Shown here piece by piece: positions 30,064 to 39,180 of a stretch of 64,000 bases of DNA. Source of the DNA: Candidatus Fervidifonticultor octavus (GTDB taxonomy: Bacteria > Sysuimicrobiota > Sysuimicrobiia > Sysuimicrobiales > Humicultoraceae). The notes below the pieces were generated by a model, which saw only the letters and a list, made by a program, of their open reading frames with translations, was not told the origin of the DNA and ran no database searches. Position 1 is the stretch's first letter, and each line of letters begins with the position of its first letter. The position numbers and the translations under genes were made by a program. The stretch covers positions 893 through 64,892 of the forward strand of contig JAVKID010000001.1 of NCBI GenBank assembly GCA_031459655.1. Reading direction: 5' to 3'.

Positions 30064-30104
30064 AGGGACGCGGCGCTGACCGCGTCCCTGTTGATATTCT
30101 TCCG
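30064..30104 (+). terminator. Intrinsic terminator: perfect 11-bp stem CAGGGACGCGG / CCGCGTCCCTG with a 6-nt loop, then TTGATATTCTTCC
   Basis: Read directly from the sequence, 27 nt after the stop of the small membrane protein gene. The T-rich tail is on the plus strand. Confidence 0.5.
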
Positions 30105-30161
30105 CTCGCTCCCGCCGAGCAGGGCCAGGATGCCAAGACGCCAGCCGACAGGCGGACGGCC

Positions 30162-31583
30162 CTAGCGGTTCAGCAGGATCGGCAGGGTCAGCGCGATCAC
30201 CACCACCAGCGCCCACAGCGCTGGCGCCGAGGTGAGCAGGTGTTCCCTGCGGCGGACCACGCGGGCTTCCTCGACCCGCGACCGCGGGATCCACCACGGG
30301 TTGAAGCGGGCCTCCAGCAGGTGGAAGACGACGCCCATCGCGGCACCGTAGGCGAAGTGCGCCACCAGGCTGCCGAAAAGTGCTGCGGCGGCCTCGGCCG
30401 TCCACTGGGGCGCCGCGCCCAGCAGGACCGGCATGAGCGTGAGCGGGCCGAGCACCCACCACAGGAAGCCGTAGGTGACGCCCCAGCCCAGCGCCGAGCC
30501 GACGTCGAGGCTCTGCCGGCGGAAGAACAGCCCGTAGCTCGCGCCGATGGCGCAGGCCACGACAACCTGTACGGTGACGCCGGCCAGCGCCGACCGCGAC
30601 CCGAGCAGGCCGGCCGCCGCCGGGACGAACCCGGTGCGCACGGCCACCACGGTGAAGAGCGCTCCGCCGGCCAGCCCGGCCAGCACGCCACGGCCGATGG
30701 CGCGCAGACCCTCGGTGCCGATGCCTTCCTGGTCCCCGCCGCCGCGGATGTCGGAGAACAGCAGGCGCGCCACGCCGTCCAGCCACTGGACGCCCAGGCC
30801 GACCGCGGCCCCGAAGAGCAGGTAGCCTGGCAGCACGGAAAACCCTGCGCGGGCGTCCTCGACCGACCATGCCAGCCCGGCCCCCCGCGCCAGCGGCACG
30901 ATGGTCAGGGGCCAGAGGGCCCACCAGAAGAAGCCAAAGACCATGCCGCGAACCAAGGCCGGTCCGGTGCCGTCCGGGGGCCGCGGGTAGAGCAGGGCGA
31001 AGCTGACCCCGCCCAACAGGCCGATCACCGGGGTCGACGGGCCGTCCGCCCGCGGTCCGAGCAGCGCGAGAAGCGGCCAGGCACCGGCGAGGCCCGCGAC
31101 GGCGCCCCGGACCAGCACGCCGACCAGCGTCCAGCCCCGTAGCGCGCCTCCAGGCAGGGGGTCGCGCCGGATCGCCGCCAGGGCCAGGCCCGTGGCGGCG
31201 CCGTAGCCGAGATGCGCCAGCAGGCCCGCAAAGGCCTCCTGCGCCGAGTGCACGTCCCAGGCGATGACTCCGAGCTGCAACAGCGGCAGCAGGGTCAGCG
31301 GGCCGAGGAACCACCAGAGCGCGCCGTAGGTGAGGCCCCAGAACAGCGTCTCGCCGGCTCCCGGGCGCTGGTGCCAGACGAGCACGCCGAAGCCAGCCCC
31401 GAGGATCGCCGCGACAACCAGGTGGACGACCACGCCGGCGCCGGCAGCGCCCGGGCGCACCAGCGACGCGGTGGAGGGGAGCGCGGCGATCTGCGCCAGG
31501 GCCGCTGCGGAGATCAGGCCGCCGACCAGGCCGGCCAGGGTGCCGGGAAGAACGCCACGGGCGAACCAGTCGCGGGTCCTCAC
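30162..31583 (-). CDS. Polytopic membrane protein built from three tandem ~110-aa modules (signature YGxxWWxxGPLTLxPxLLG ... HxxYGAxxG), paralogous to the NDH-2 N-terminal module
   Basis: GTG start at 31583 overlapping the NDH-2 TGA (GTGA). Three internally homologous repeats are visible by eye. The 170 R/P-rich codons upstream in the listed ORF are rejected because they overlap the NDH-2 coding region. Confidence 0.65.
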   Translation of the reverse strand: MRTRDWFARGVLPGTLAGLVGGLISAAALAQIAALPSTASLVRPGAAGAGVVVHLVVAAILGAGFGVLVWHQRPGAGETLFWGLTYGALWWFLGPLTLLPLLQLGVIAWDVHSAQEAFAGLLAHLGYGAATGLALAAIRRDPLPGGALRGWTLVGVLVRGAVAGLAGAWPLLALLGPRADGPSTPVIGLLGGVSFALLYPRPPDGTGPALVRGMVFGFFWWALWPLTIVPLARGAGLAWSVEDARAGFSVLPGYLLFGAAVGLGVQWLDGVARLLFSDIRGGGDQEGIGTEGLRAIGRGVLAGLAGGALFTVVAVRTGFVPAAAGLLGSRSALAGVTVQVVVACAIGASYGLFFRRQSLDVGSALGWGVTYGFLWWVLGPLTLMPVLLGAAPQWTAEAAAALFGSLVAHFAYGAAMGVVFHLLEARFNPWWIPRSRVEEARVVRRREHLLTSAPALWALVVVIALTLPILLNR

Positions 31584-33397
31584 GCGCCGGCTCCCGGGGG
31601 CGACGGCATCGTCGCCGGGGTGCGCGAACTCGCCCCCGTCACCTGCGGCAGCGTCGGCGTGGGGACGCCGCCGGTCAGCACGATGTCCCGCGGGAAGAAG
31701 AGGTCGAGCGTCCAGTCGAGCACGACGCGGACCTTCTTCTCGAGGCCGGGCAGTTTGCTCAGGTAGACGGTCCGCCACAGGAACCAGGCGAGCAGGCCGG
31801 AGAACTTCCATCCGCGGATCTCGGCCACGGCCGTGCGATGGCCCAGGGCGACCAGGGTGCCGATCGTGCGGAAGCGAAATGGTCTGGGCGGCTGGCCGCG
31901 CAGTGCGGCCGCGATGTTCTCGGCCGCGGCCTGCCCCTCGCGCAGCGCGTGCTGCGCCGTGGGCGGGCAGGACGTCCCCGGGCGGTTGGGGTCCGGGATC
32001 TGGGCGCAGTCGCCGACGGCCCACACGGCTTCCAGGCCCCTGACCCGCAGGGCCTGGTCGGCGACTGCGGCGCCGGCGCGGCTGCGCTCGCATGGCAGAG
32101 TCGCCAGCAGCGGATGAGGCTGGTTCCCGGCGGTCCAGACCAACGTCCGTGTCGGGATCGCACGGCCGTCGCCCAGCAGGACCGCGTCGGATGTGGCCCC
32201 GCCCACGCGGGTGTTCAGCAGGAACTCGATCCCGCGCGCCTGGAGCTTCCGCAGGGCGTAGTCCGCCAGCGCCCGGCTGATCTCAGGCAGGATGCGCCCG
32301 CCGGAGTGGATCAGGAGGAAGCGCGGTTCGTGGGGCTGGATGCCGGGATAGTACCGGAGCACGCTCCCCACCAGGTCGAACAGTTCGGCGATCATCTCGG
32401 TGCCGGCGAACCCGCCCCCGGCGACCACGAAGGTCAACTGGCGCACGCGCTCCTGGGGATCGGTCTCCGCGTCCGCGCGCTCCAACAGCGCGATGACGTG
32501 GTTGCGCAGCCGCGTGGCGTCGTCCAGGGTCTTCAGCGTGAAGGCGTGGGTTTCGAGGCCGGGGAGGCCGTAGAAGTTGGGAACCGCACCCAGGGCGAGG
32601 ATCAGGTGGTCGTAGGGGAGCACCTCGGTCGGGGCGGTCGGGTCGGTCCGGATGCTGACGGTTCTGGCGGCGCCGTCGACGGCCTCCACCTCGGCCCGCC
32701 GGAAGCGCGTGTGCTGCAGCGCCGCGCGCACCGGCGCGCTGATGTGCTGGGCCTCCAGGCCGCTGCTTGCCACCTCGGCCAGCATGGGGGTGAAGAGTAG
32801 GTAGTTGCTCTGACTGACCAGGGTGATCTCCAGCCGCGGATCGCGCGCGAAGAGGTGCTCCAGGCGCTGCGCGGCACTGACGCCTCCGAATCCGCCTCCC
32901 AGGATGACCACCCGCCAGGACGGCGCCTCCGGGAGCGGCAGACGGCCGAGGGCCGCGGTCTGGGGGTGCCGGCGCAAATAGAGCGCGACGAGTCCATAGA
33001 AGCTACCGCCGAGGAGCGCGCCGTAGAGCAGGTGCCCGACCAGGTTGGGCAACGCGGCCGCCGCGGCCGCAGCCGTCCAGGTTGGCGCGCCGCCCCGGAG
33101 GAGCGGGATCAGGGTCAGGGGGCCGGCGATCCACCAGAGGAGCGCGTAGAGGACACCGCCGGTGATCGTCGACGCGTAGCCGAGCGGCTGGTAGCGGAAG
33201 ATGACCCCGAACCCGGCGCCGATCAGCACCGCGGAGCCCAGGTGGACGGCGAGCCCGGCCCCCAACGACGCGAGCCCGATCAGGCCGGCAACACTAGCCA
33301 GCAGGCCCTGGGCCTGCATGGCCCAGGCCGAGGCCAGGCCCCCGACCAGTCCCCCGATCCCGCCGGCGACGAGGTCACGGCGTAGCGCGTGCGACAC
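31580..33397 (-). CDS. Type II NADH dehydrogenase (NDH-2)-like FAD/NAD(P) oxidoreductase with an extra N-terminal 4-TM membrane module
   Basis: Residues ~1-140 form a membrane module (GAGFGVIFRYQPLGYASTITGGVLYALLWWIAGPLTLIPLLRGG...). Then the canonical NDH-2 region: GGGFGG FAD site, GGGFAG second dinucleotide site, GDCA. Confidence 0.75.
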   Translation of the reverse strand: MSHALRRDLVAGGIGGLVGGLASAWAMQAQGLLASVAGLIGLASLGAGLAVHLGSAVLIGAGFGVIFRYQPLGYASTITGGVLYALLWWIAGPLTLIPLLRGGAPTWTAAAAAAALPNLVGHLLYGALLGGSFYGLVALYLRRHPQTAALGRLPLPEAPSWRVVILGGGFGGVSAAQRLEHLFARDPRLEITLVSQSNYLLFTPMLAEVASSGLEAQHISAPVRAALQHTRFRRAEVEAVDGAARTVSIRTDPTAPTEVLPYDHLILALGAVPNFYGLPGLETHAFTLKTLDDATRLRNHVIALLERADAETDPQERVRQLTFVVAGGGFAGTEMIAELFDLVGSVLRYYPGIQPHEPRFLLIHSGGRILPEISRALADYALRKLQARGIEFLLNTRVGGATSDAVLLGDGRAIPTRTLVWTAGNQPHPLLATLPCERSRAGAAVADQALRVRGLEAVWAVGDCAQIPDPNRPGTSCPPTAQHALREGQAAAENIAAALRGQPPRPFRFRTIGTLVALGHRTAVAEIRGWKFSGLLAWFLWRTVYLSKLPGLEKKVRVVLDWTLDLFFPRDIVLTGGVPTPTLPQVTGASSRTPATMPSPPGAGA

Positions 33398-33436
33398 CGC
33401 GTCCCCCGATCGCCGCCCAGGTCGTCTGGACGGAAC

Positions 33437-33904
33437 CTACTTGAGGTTCTCGGCGATGATGTTCAGCAGGGCGGCCACGCCCTTGGCCGCCATGCGGGCC
33501 TCGGTCAGGTTCTTGCTCCTCACGCCCGCCACCGCCAGCGCGTCCGCCTGCTCCGCGAGCAGCATGAAGTCGCCGCCGCCCGGCGCCCCCTTCAGGTCCG
33601 CGAGGATCCCGTTCCCCATGCCCTGGCACACGTGGCCCCAGGCCTGATTGAAGTTCTTCCCCCTCGTGCCCTCGAGGCAGTTGAGCGCGTGGCCCAGGTG
33701 CTGCTGCACGTAGCCGAGCGCATTGCCCTCGCCGGCGAACCCGGCATGGGTGACCGCCGTCTTCAGTTGTCCCTTGACGTCGGCCGCCTGCCCGGCCCGC
33801 GCGGGCGGCGCGTACTGGTACTGGCTATGGTAATCGCCGTAGGTCAGCCCTGCGAGCCCGGACACGAGCAGTCCGACCACCAGAGACGCCACCAGGAATC
33901 TCAC
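33437..33904 (-). CDS. Secreted hypothetical protein (signal peptide); GTG start at 33904 proposed
   Basis: Proposed N-terminus MRFLVASLVVGLLVSGLAGLTYG, then a mostly helical Gly/Ala-rich mature region. No family recognised. Confidence 0.4.
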   Translation of the reverse strand: MRFLVASLVVGLLVSGLAGLTYGDYHSQYQYAPPARAGQAADVKGQLKTAVTHAGFAGEGNALGYVQQHLGHALNCLEGTRGKNFNQAWGHVCQGMGNGILADLKGAPGGGDFMLLAEQADALAVAGVRSKNLTEARMAAKGVAALLNIIAENLK

Positions 33905-33970
33905 GGTTTGCACCCCCCTACGCTTTCGCCCACCCCGTCTCGCGGGGCAAGGTGTTGATCCCGGCATGTC

Positions 33971-34563
33971 CTACGTATCAGGCCCGTGTGACGGTTCTGT
34001 CACGTCGGCGAAGACAATCCTCCCGTCGCGCATGTCGCTGATCCGCGCCAGCGCCTCGACCGGCACGCCCAGCCGCATGACCGCCTCGCGTCCCCCTTCA
34101 AAGGTCTTCTCGATGACCACGCCGATCCCCACGACCGTCCCCCCGGCCGCCTGGACCAGGCGTGCCAGCGCCAGGATTGTTTCGCCGCTGGCCAGGAAGT
34201 CGTCGATGATGACCACGCGGTCTCCGGGCCCCAGGTATTCGGGCGAGACCATCAACTCCACGGGCCGGCCCTTGGTGTGGGATGGGGCGACGGTGAGGTA
34301 GACCTGGTCGGGCATCGTGATGGGCCGCTGCTTGCGGGCGTAGAGGACCGGGACGCCGAGCACCGTCGCCGCGCACAGGGCCGGCGCGATGCCCGAGATC
34401 TCCGCCGTCAGCACCTTGGTGGCCCCCACCCCGGCGAACCGGCGGGCGAGTTCCCGCCCGCACGCCTGCATCAGGGTCGGGTCCACCTGATGGTTGAGGA
34501 AGGCGTCGACCTTGAGGATGCCGCCTCCCAGGTTCTTCCCCTCGGCGGCGATACGGCGAATGA
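33971..34563 (-). CDS. xpt: Xanthine phosphoribosyltransferase
   Basis: MDALIRRIAAEGKNLGGGILKVDAFLNHQVD N-terminus and the PRPP-binding motif VVIIDDFLASGETI. Start ATG 34563. Confidence 0.8.
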
Positions 34564-34605
34564 GTGCGTCCATGGGCTGGCCTCCCCACCGCAAGGGGAT
34601 TATCC

Positions 34606-34635
34606 TCCTGACGCCTTGACCCCTTTCTGAAGGGC
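34606..34635 (+). promoter_or_regulatory. Near-consensus sigma70 promoter TTGACC -18- TATAAT driving the sulfite-oxidase-like operon
   Basis: Read directly from the sequence, in a 70% GC context. The predicted TSS is about 34642. An AGGGGG Shine-Dalgarno lies 5-10 nt before the GTG at 34681. Confidence 0.5.
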
Positions 34636-34680
34636 TCCGTATAATTTGTGCACATTCCGGCGCGATACAGGGGGTGGGTC

Positions 34681-35928
34681 GTGCGACAGGATGATCTGCG
34701 CGACGAAGCCATCTACGAGCGGACCCGGCAGGACGAGTTCGTCTGGCGGCGCGCGCGGGAACTGGGGATCTCGCGGCGCCGCTTCCTCGCCCTCCTGGCT
34801 GCCGGCGGAGCATCGGCCGCTCTGGGCGGCGTGCGGCCGGCGGGCCCCGCGTCCCTCCATGCCGCCCCGGCCGCGCCGCTGGTCGTCAAACCGGTGCCGC
34901 CGGACCTGTTCTACAACTTCGGCAGCAACCACGAGATGCGCTGGGAGCACATGACCGGCCGCGGCTACCTGGTGCCCAACGAGCTGTTCTTCATCCGCAA
35001 CCACACCCGCACCCCGCGCATCGACCCGTCTACCTGGCGCCTGAGGGTCGAGGGCTCCGGCGTCCGGCGTCCCCTGGAGTTGACCTACGACGACATCCTC
35101 TCGCTGCCGGACGTCTCGGTGCGCCGCTACGTGGAGTGCGCCGGCAACGGCCGCAGTTTCTTCGAACTGCAGTATGGCAGGCGCGCCCAGGGGACCCAGT
35201 GGCGGCTCGGCGCGGTGGGCGTGGCCGAGTGGACCGGGGTGCCCTTGCGCGAGATCCTGGACCGGGCGGGGCTGAAGACGACGGCCGTGGACGTGCTGCC
35301 GGAGGGCCTCGACGACCTGAAGGTGCGCAGGCCGATGTCCGTGGCCAAGGCGCTGGAGCCCGACACATTGCTGGTCTACGCGATGAACGGCCATCCCCTG
35401 CCCCCCGACCACGGGTTCCCCGCGCGGATCCTCGTGCCGGGGTGGATCGGTATCGCCAACATCAAGTGGGTAGGCCGGCTCGAGGTTTCGGAGACCCCGC
35501 TCTACACCCCGTGGAACACCGAGAGCTATGTCATGATCGGGCCCGACTACAAGAAGCCCGACGGCCCGGCACTGGGGCCGGTCCTGTCGGCGCAGAACGT
35601 CAAGAGCGCCTTCGAACTCGCCTGGCCGGCCGAGGTGCGGGCCGGCCGACGCGTCGTCCGCGGTCGGTCCTGGGGCCCCTACGCCATCACGAAGGTCGAG
35701 TACAGTCTCGACCGCGGCATTACGTGGCAGACCGCCCGCATCCGCGATGCGGCCGCGCCGCGGGCCTGGGTGCGCTGGGAGTTCGAGTGGGACGCGCGGC
35801 CGGGCGACTACAGCCTGCGCGTGCGGGCCACCGACGCCCAGGGGAACACCCAGCCGGCCGGAGTCCCGTGGAACGAGCAGGGGTACCTCTACAATGCGGT
35901 GGTCGGCCACCCGGTGACCGTAACGTGA
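34681..35928 (+). CDS. Sulfite oxidase-family molybdopterin oxidoreductase (SorA/YedY-like), Tat-exported
   Basis: Twin-arginine motif SRRRFLALLAAGGASAAL. Moco-binding Cys region VECAGNGRS, and a dimerisation-like C-terminal domain. The start was moved to GTG 34681 because the -10 element sits only 7 nt before the first listed start codon. Confidence 0.7.
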   Translation: MRQDDLRDEAIYERTRQDEFVWRRARELGISRRRFLALLAAGGASAALGGVRPAGPASLHAAPAAPLVVKPVPPDLFYNFGSNHEMRWEHMTGRGYLVPNELFFIRNHTRTPRIDPSTWRLRVEGSGVRRPLELTYDDILSLPDVSVRRYVECAGNGRSFFELQYGRRAQGTQWRLGAVGVAEWTGVPLREILDRAGLKTTAVDVLPEGLDDLKVRRPMSVAKALEPDTLLVYAMNGHPLPPDHGFPARILVPGWIGIANIKWVGRLEVSETPLYTPWNTESYVMIGPDYKKPDGPALGPVLSAQNVKSAFELAWPAEVRAGRRVVRGRSWGPYAITKVEYSLDRGITWQTARIRDAAAPRAWVRWEFEWDARPGDYSLRVRATDAQGNTQPAGVPWNEQGYLYNAVVGHPVTVT

Positions 35929-35942
35929 GGCCGGGCAGCCGG

Positions 35943-36374
35943 ATGTGGCGGGCGCCGCGTCTCGGCGCGGGGCCCGCGCGCATGGCGGTCGGTGCCGTGA
36001 CCGCGGGGATCCTGCTGGCAGTGTCGGTCGCGCTGCCCGCGGGGCAGAGGGCCCGGGGTCGGTCGGTGCTGGCCGCGCCGGCACCGTCACCGCGGCCGGT
36101 GCTGATGAAGGCCCGAGAGTTCGTCTTCGATCCCAAGGAGGTGACGGTGCGCGCCGGCGAGGTGACCTTCGAGGTGAAGAACGAGGGCTCGATCGAACAC
36201 AACTTCCTCATCGAGGATGTCAACCGCCGCACGCTGGCCCAGATCCCCATCATCGAGCCGGGCAAGACCGAGGACGTGAAGGTCACGATCCGGCCGGGGA
36301 CCTACCCCATTGTTTGCTCGCTGCCCGGCCACAAGGAAGCCGGCATGACCGGGACGCTGCGGGTCCAGCCGTGA
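35943..36374 (+). CDS. Cupredoxin (plastocyanin/azurin-like blue copper protein) with a signal-anchor
   Basis: Type-1 Cu ligands H (IEHNF), C-x2-H (CSLPGH) and M (GMTG). N-terminal hydrophobic segment. Confidence 0.7.
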   Translation: MWRAPRLGAGPARMAVGAVTAGILLAVSVALPAGQRARGRSVLAAPAPSPRPVLMKAREFVFDPKEVTVRAGEVTFEVKNEGSIEHNFLIEDVNRRTLAQIPIIEPGKTEDVKVTIRPGTYPIVCSLPGHKEAGMTGTLRVQP

Positions 36375-36856
36375 TCCATCCCCAGACGCGCATCGGGCAC
36401 GTCCACCTCAAGGTCTCGAACCTCGAACGGGCGGTGGCTTTCTACCGCGACGCGCTGGGCTTCGAGGTGACGACCTACTACGGCGCGCAGGCCGCCTTCC
36501 TGTCGGCCGGCGGGTACCACCACCACATCGGCCTGAACACCTGGGAGAGCGAGGGCGCGGGTCCGCCGCCGCGGCGCTCCACCGGGCTCTATCACTTCGC
36601 CATCCTGCTGCCCGACCGGCGCGAGCTGGCCCGGACCTTCAAGCGGCTGCTGGATCACGGCGTGCCCATCGAGGGCGCGTCCGATCACGGGGTGAGCGAG
36701 GCGATCTACTTCCACGACCCCGACGGCAACGGGATCGAGATCTACGCCGACCGGGATCCCGCCCGGTGGCCGCGGCGGCCCGACGGGACCCTGGCCATGA
36801 CCACGCAGCCGCTGGACCTGGAGTCGCTGCTGCGCGAACTCGACGCTACTTCCTGA
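36371..36856 (+). CDS. VOC-family protein (glyoxalase / extradiol dioxygenase fold)
   Basis: GTG start overlapping the upstream TGA (GTGA). Paired beta-alpha-beta-beta-beta modules with metal-ligand His/Glu positions (HVHLKV, HHHIGL, EIYFHDPDGNGIEIY). Confidence 0.7.
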   Translation: MIHPQTRIGHVHLKVSNLERAVAFYRDALGFEVTTYYGAQAAFLSAGGYHHHIGLNTWESEGAGPPPRRSTGLYHFAILLPDRRELARTFKRLLDHGVPIEGASDHGVSEAIYFHDPDGNGIEIYADRDPARWPRRPDGTLAMTTQPLDLESLLRELDATS

Positions 36857-37202
36857 GGTAGGCGTCGGCGCCGGAGATCCAGTCCTGCCGCGGCGGGCTG
36901 AAGACGTCCATCTCCACCACGTCGTCCAGCATCTCCGCGCCGTGCGGCACGTGGCCCGGGATGAGCACCACCTCGCCGCCGCGGACGACGAGGTCACGAC
37001 CGTCGATGGTAAAGCGCATGGTGCCGGAAATGCAGTAGGTGAGCTGTTCATGCTCGTGCTGGTGGACGGGCACCACGGCGCCCGCCTTGAACTCGAGCAA
37101 CGCCGCCATCAGCCGCTCCCCCCACAGCATCCGCCGCGTCATCTTGGGGTTGACGGCCTCGGCCGGCATCGACGCCAGCACCCGGTGCTGTACCTCGCTC
37201 AT
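36846..37202 (-). CDS. Cupin domain-containing protein
   Basis: Cupin motifs PVHQHEHEQLTYCISG and GEVVLIPGHVPH. Start at MSEVQHRV (ATG 37202). Confidence 0.65.
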   Translation of the reverse strand: MSEVQHRVLASMPAEAVNPKMTRRMLWGERLMAALLEFKAGAVVPVHQHEHEQLTYCISGTMRFTIDGRDLVVRGGEVVLIPGHVPHGAEMLDDVVEMDVFSPPRQDWISGADAYLRK

Positions 37203-37369
37203 GGCACCCTCCCCTCCGGGCATGACCCCGGGCCGGCGCCCGGAGCCGTCCAGCCAACCAGAGGGTGGGGTTACGCGTCGGCGCGACAGTTCCTGCCGGC
37301 GGCATCCACGCAGGACCTGTGCCCCCACGAAGCCAAGGATGGGCTGGAGTCCGCTGCGGGAGGGTGCCT

Positions 37370-38326
37370 ATGCGTTATCGTCGGCTGGGGAGATCGGGGC
37401 TCAAGGTGTCGGTCCTGGGGTTGGGCTGCAACACGTTCGGGCGGTTTGCGGATGCCGATCAGACCGCCCGCATCGTGCATGCGGCCCTCGACCTCGGTGT
37501 GAACTTTTTCGATACGGCCGACGTCTACAGCCAGGGGGTCTCGGAGGAATTCCTCGGCCGCGCGCTGGGCAGCCGCCGCGGTCGGGCCGTGGTGGCCACG
37601 AAGGTGGTCGGGGCCATGGGAGACGGCCCCAACGACCGCGGGGCCTCGCGCGCCCACATCACAGACGGCGTCCACGCCAGCCTGCGCCGCCTCGGGACCG
37701 ACCACATCGACCTGCTCCAACTGCACAACTGGGATCCTGAGACGCCCCTCGAGGAATCCCTTGAAGCCCTCAACGATCTGGTCCGGGCCGGCAAGGTCCG
37801 CTACATCGGGTGCTCCAACTACACGGCCTGGCAACTGGTCTGGTCGCTGTGGATCAGCGACCGGCGCGGTTGGGCCTCCTTCGTCTCCGTGCAGCCCGAG
37901 TACAGCCTGCTGGCGCGCGGGGTGGAGGCCGACCTGCTGCCGGCGTGCGTGACCTTCGGGGTCGGCGTGATCCCCTACTTCCCGCTGGCCGCCGGGATGC
38001 TCACGGGGAAGTATCGTGCAGGCGAGCCGGCGCCGCCCGGCACCCGCGGCTACGAGAACCCGCGGTTCCAGCAGCGGTTTGCCACCCCGCGCAACTTCGC
38101 CATCGTGGGGCGCCTGGAGGCGTGGGCGCGCGAGCGCGGGCACTCCGTCGCCGAACTGGCCATCGCCTGGCTCCTGGCGCGGCCTGCGGTCTCCACGGTG
38201 ATCACCGGCACGACGAGGCCCGAGCAGGTGGAGGCCAATGTCCGGGCGACCGCCTGGGAGCTGACGCCATCGGAGGTCGAGGAGGTCGCGGCGCTGGCGC
38301 CGGTGGACGGCTGGGAGCGTCCCTGA
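37370..38326 (+). CDS. Aldo/keto reductase
   Basis: Complete AKR with the canonical N-terminus MRYRRLGRSGLKVSVLGLGCNTFG, DTADVY, and GCSNY. ATG 37370. Confidence 0.8.
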   Translation: MRYRRLGRSGLKVSVLGLGCNTFGRFADADQTARIVHAALDLGVNFFDTADVYSQGVSEEFLGRALGSRRGRAVVATKVVGAMGDGPNDRGASRAHITDGVHASLRRLGTDHIDLLQLHNWDPETPLEESLEALNDLVRAGKVRYIGCSNYTAWQLVWSLWISDRRGWASFVSVQPEYSLLARGVEADLLPACVTFGVGVIPYFPLAAGMLTGKYRAGEPAPPGTRGYENPRFQQRFATPRNFAIVGRLEAWARERGHSVAELAIAWLLARPAVSTVITGTTRPEQVEANVRATAWELTPSEVEEVAALAPVDGWERP

Positions 38327-38344
38327 ACAGGGGTCCCCGCGGGA

Positions 38345-38539
38345 TCAGCGCGCCAGGGCGGCCAGGATGGGGGAACCCAGCAGCCCGTAGGTCAGGGCGA
38401 TGAAGATGCCCGCGATCAACTCCTGTTCCTCGGGGACGCCGAACAGCGTCACGCTGAACCGCGTGAGCGGCACGATGACGATGACGCTGACGATGATCAG
38501 GGATGCCAGGTGCCAGACCGCCACGCGCGATCCCTCCAT
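38345..38539 (-). CDS. Small membrane protein (64 aa, 2 TM), hypothetical
   Basis: MEGSRVAVWHLASLIIVSVIVIVPLTRFSVTLFGVPEEQELIAGIFIALTYGLLGSPILAALAR. Confidence 0.35.
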   Translation of the reverse strand: MEGSRVAVWHLASLIIVSVIVIVPLTRFSVTLFGVPEEQELIAGIFIALTYGLLGSPILAALAR

Positions 38540-38627
38540 GGCAGGAATCGTTGGCGCGCAGTATACCACGAAACCAGGCGGCGCCGCTACAGGGCGGCGC
38601 CGCGCCGGGATGGCGGAGACGGAACCG

Positions 38628-38984
38628 TCAGCGGGCAGGCTCCTCCTTGGCCAGAACACCGAAGGCCATCCAGGCACTCAGTACCAGCGCCAGGAGCCCA
38701 CCGATGATCGAGGTCCAGAGGACGCCCACCCGGTCGGACATGGTGAAGATGAACGGAAAGAGGACGAACCAAATCCCGACCAAGCCGTTCACGTACTGAA
38801 TCCACTTCTGCTTGCGGGCTGGTTCGCTGAAGACTGCCCACCCTGCGAGGATCAGCAGGATGAGCCCGCCGACAATGCTGGTCCACATCGCGTTGGGAAC
38901 GTCCTGGAAATTCAACACGAACGGCGCGATGATGAACCAGACGCCCACAAGGGCATTGACGACGTTGGCCCACACCATCCGCAT
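38628..38984 (-). CDS. SPW-repeat membrane protein
   Basis: Two SPW-type repeats with conserved W/P spacing (WANVVNALVGVWFIIAPFV ... WIQYVNGLVGIWFVLFPFI). A GGAGGTG Shine-Dalgarno lies 3 nt before the ATG, and there is a TATAAT -10 at 39040-39045 on the minus strand. Confidence 0.6.
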   Translation of the reverse strand: MRMVWANVVNALVGVWFIIAPFVLNFQDVPNAMWTSIVGGLILLILAGWAVFSEPARKQKWIQYVNGLVGIWFVLFPFIFTMSDRVGVLWTSIIGGLLALVLSAWMAFGVLAKEEPAR

Positions 38985-39180
38985 TCACCTCCGTACTGCC
39001 TGGAGTCCTCCGCCATCGTCCGGTGCGGCGCCACCTCTTATTATAGCGCCTGGAGGAGCCACAGGCGCCGCCATCCCCGCCCCGATGGTGGCCAGGCTCT
39101 TCCGCGTGCCGCGCGGGCCTTTGGGACCCACACGTGGTCGGGCCGCTGGGCGAAGGCGCCATCGGGCATCGCAGGCCGGA

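Noticed and set aside
34564-34647. Purine riboswitch upstream of xpt
   Set aside because: The intergenic space is only about 85 nt and is occupied by the divergent promoter. No riboswitch-like conserved stems were seen.
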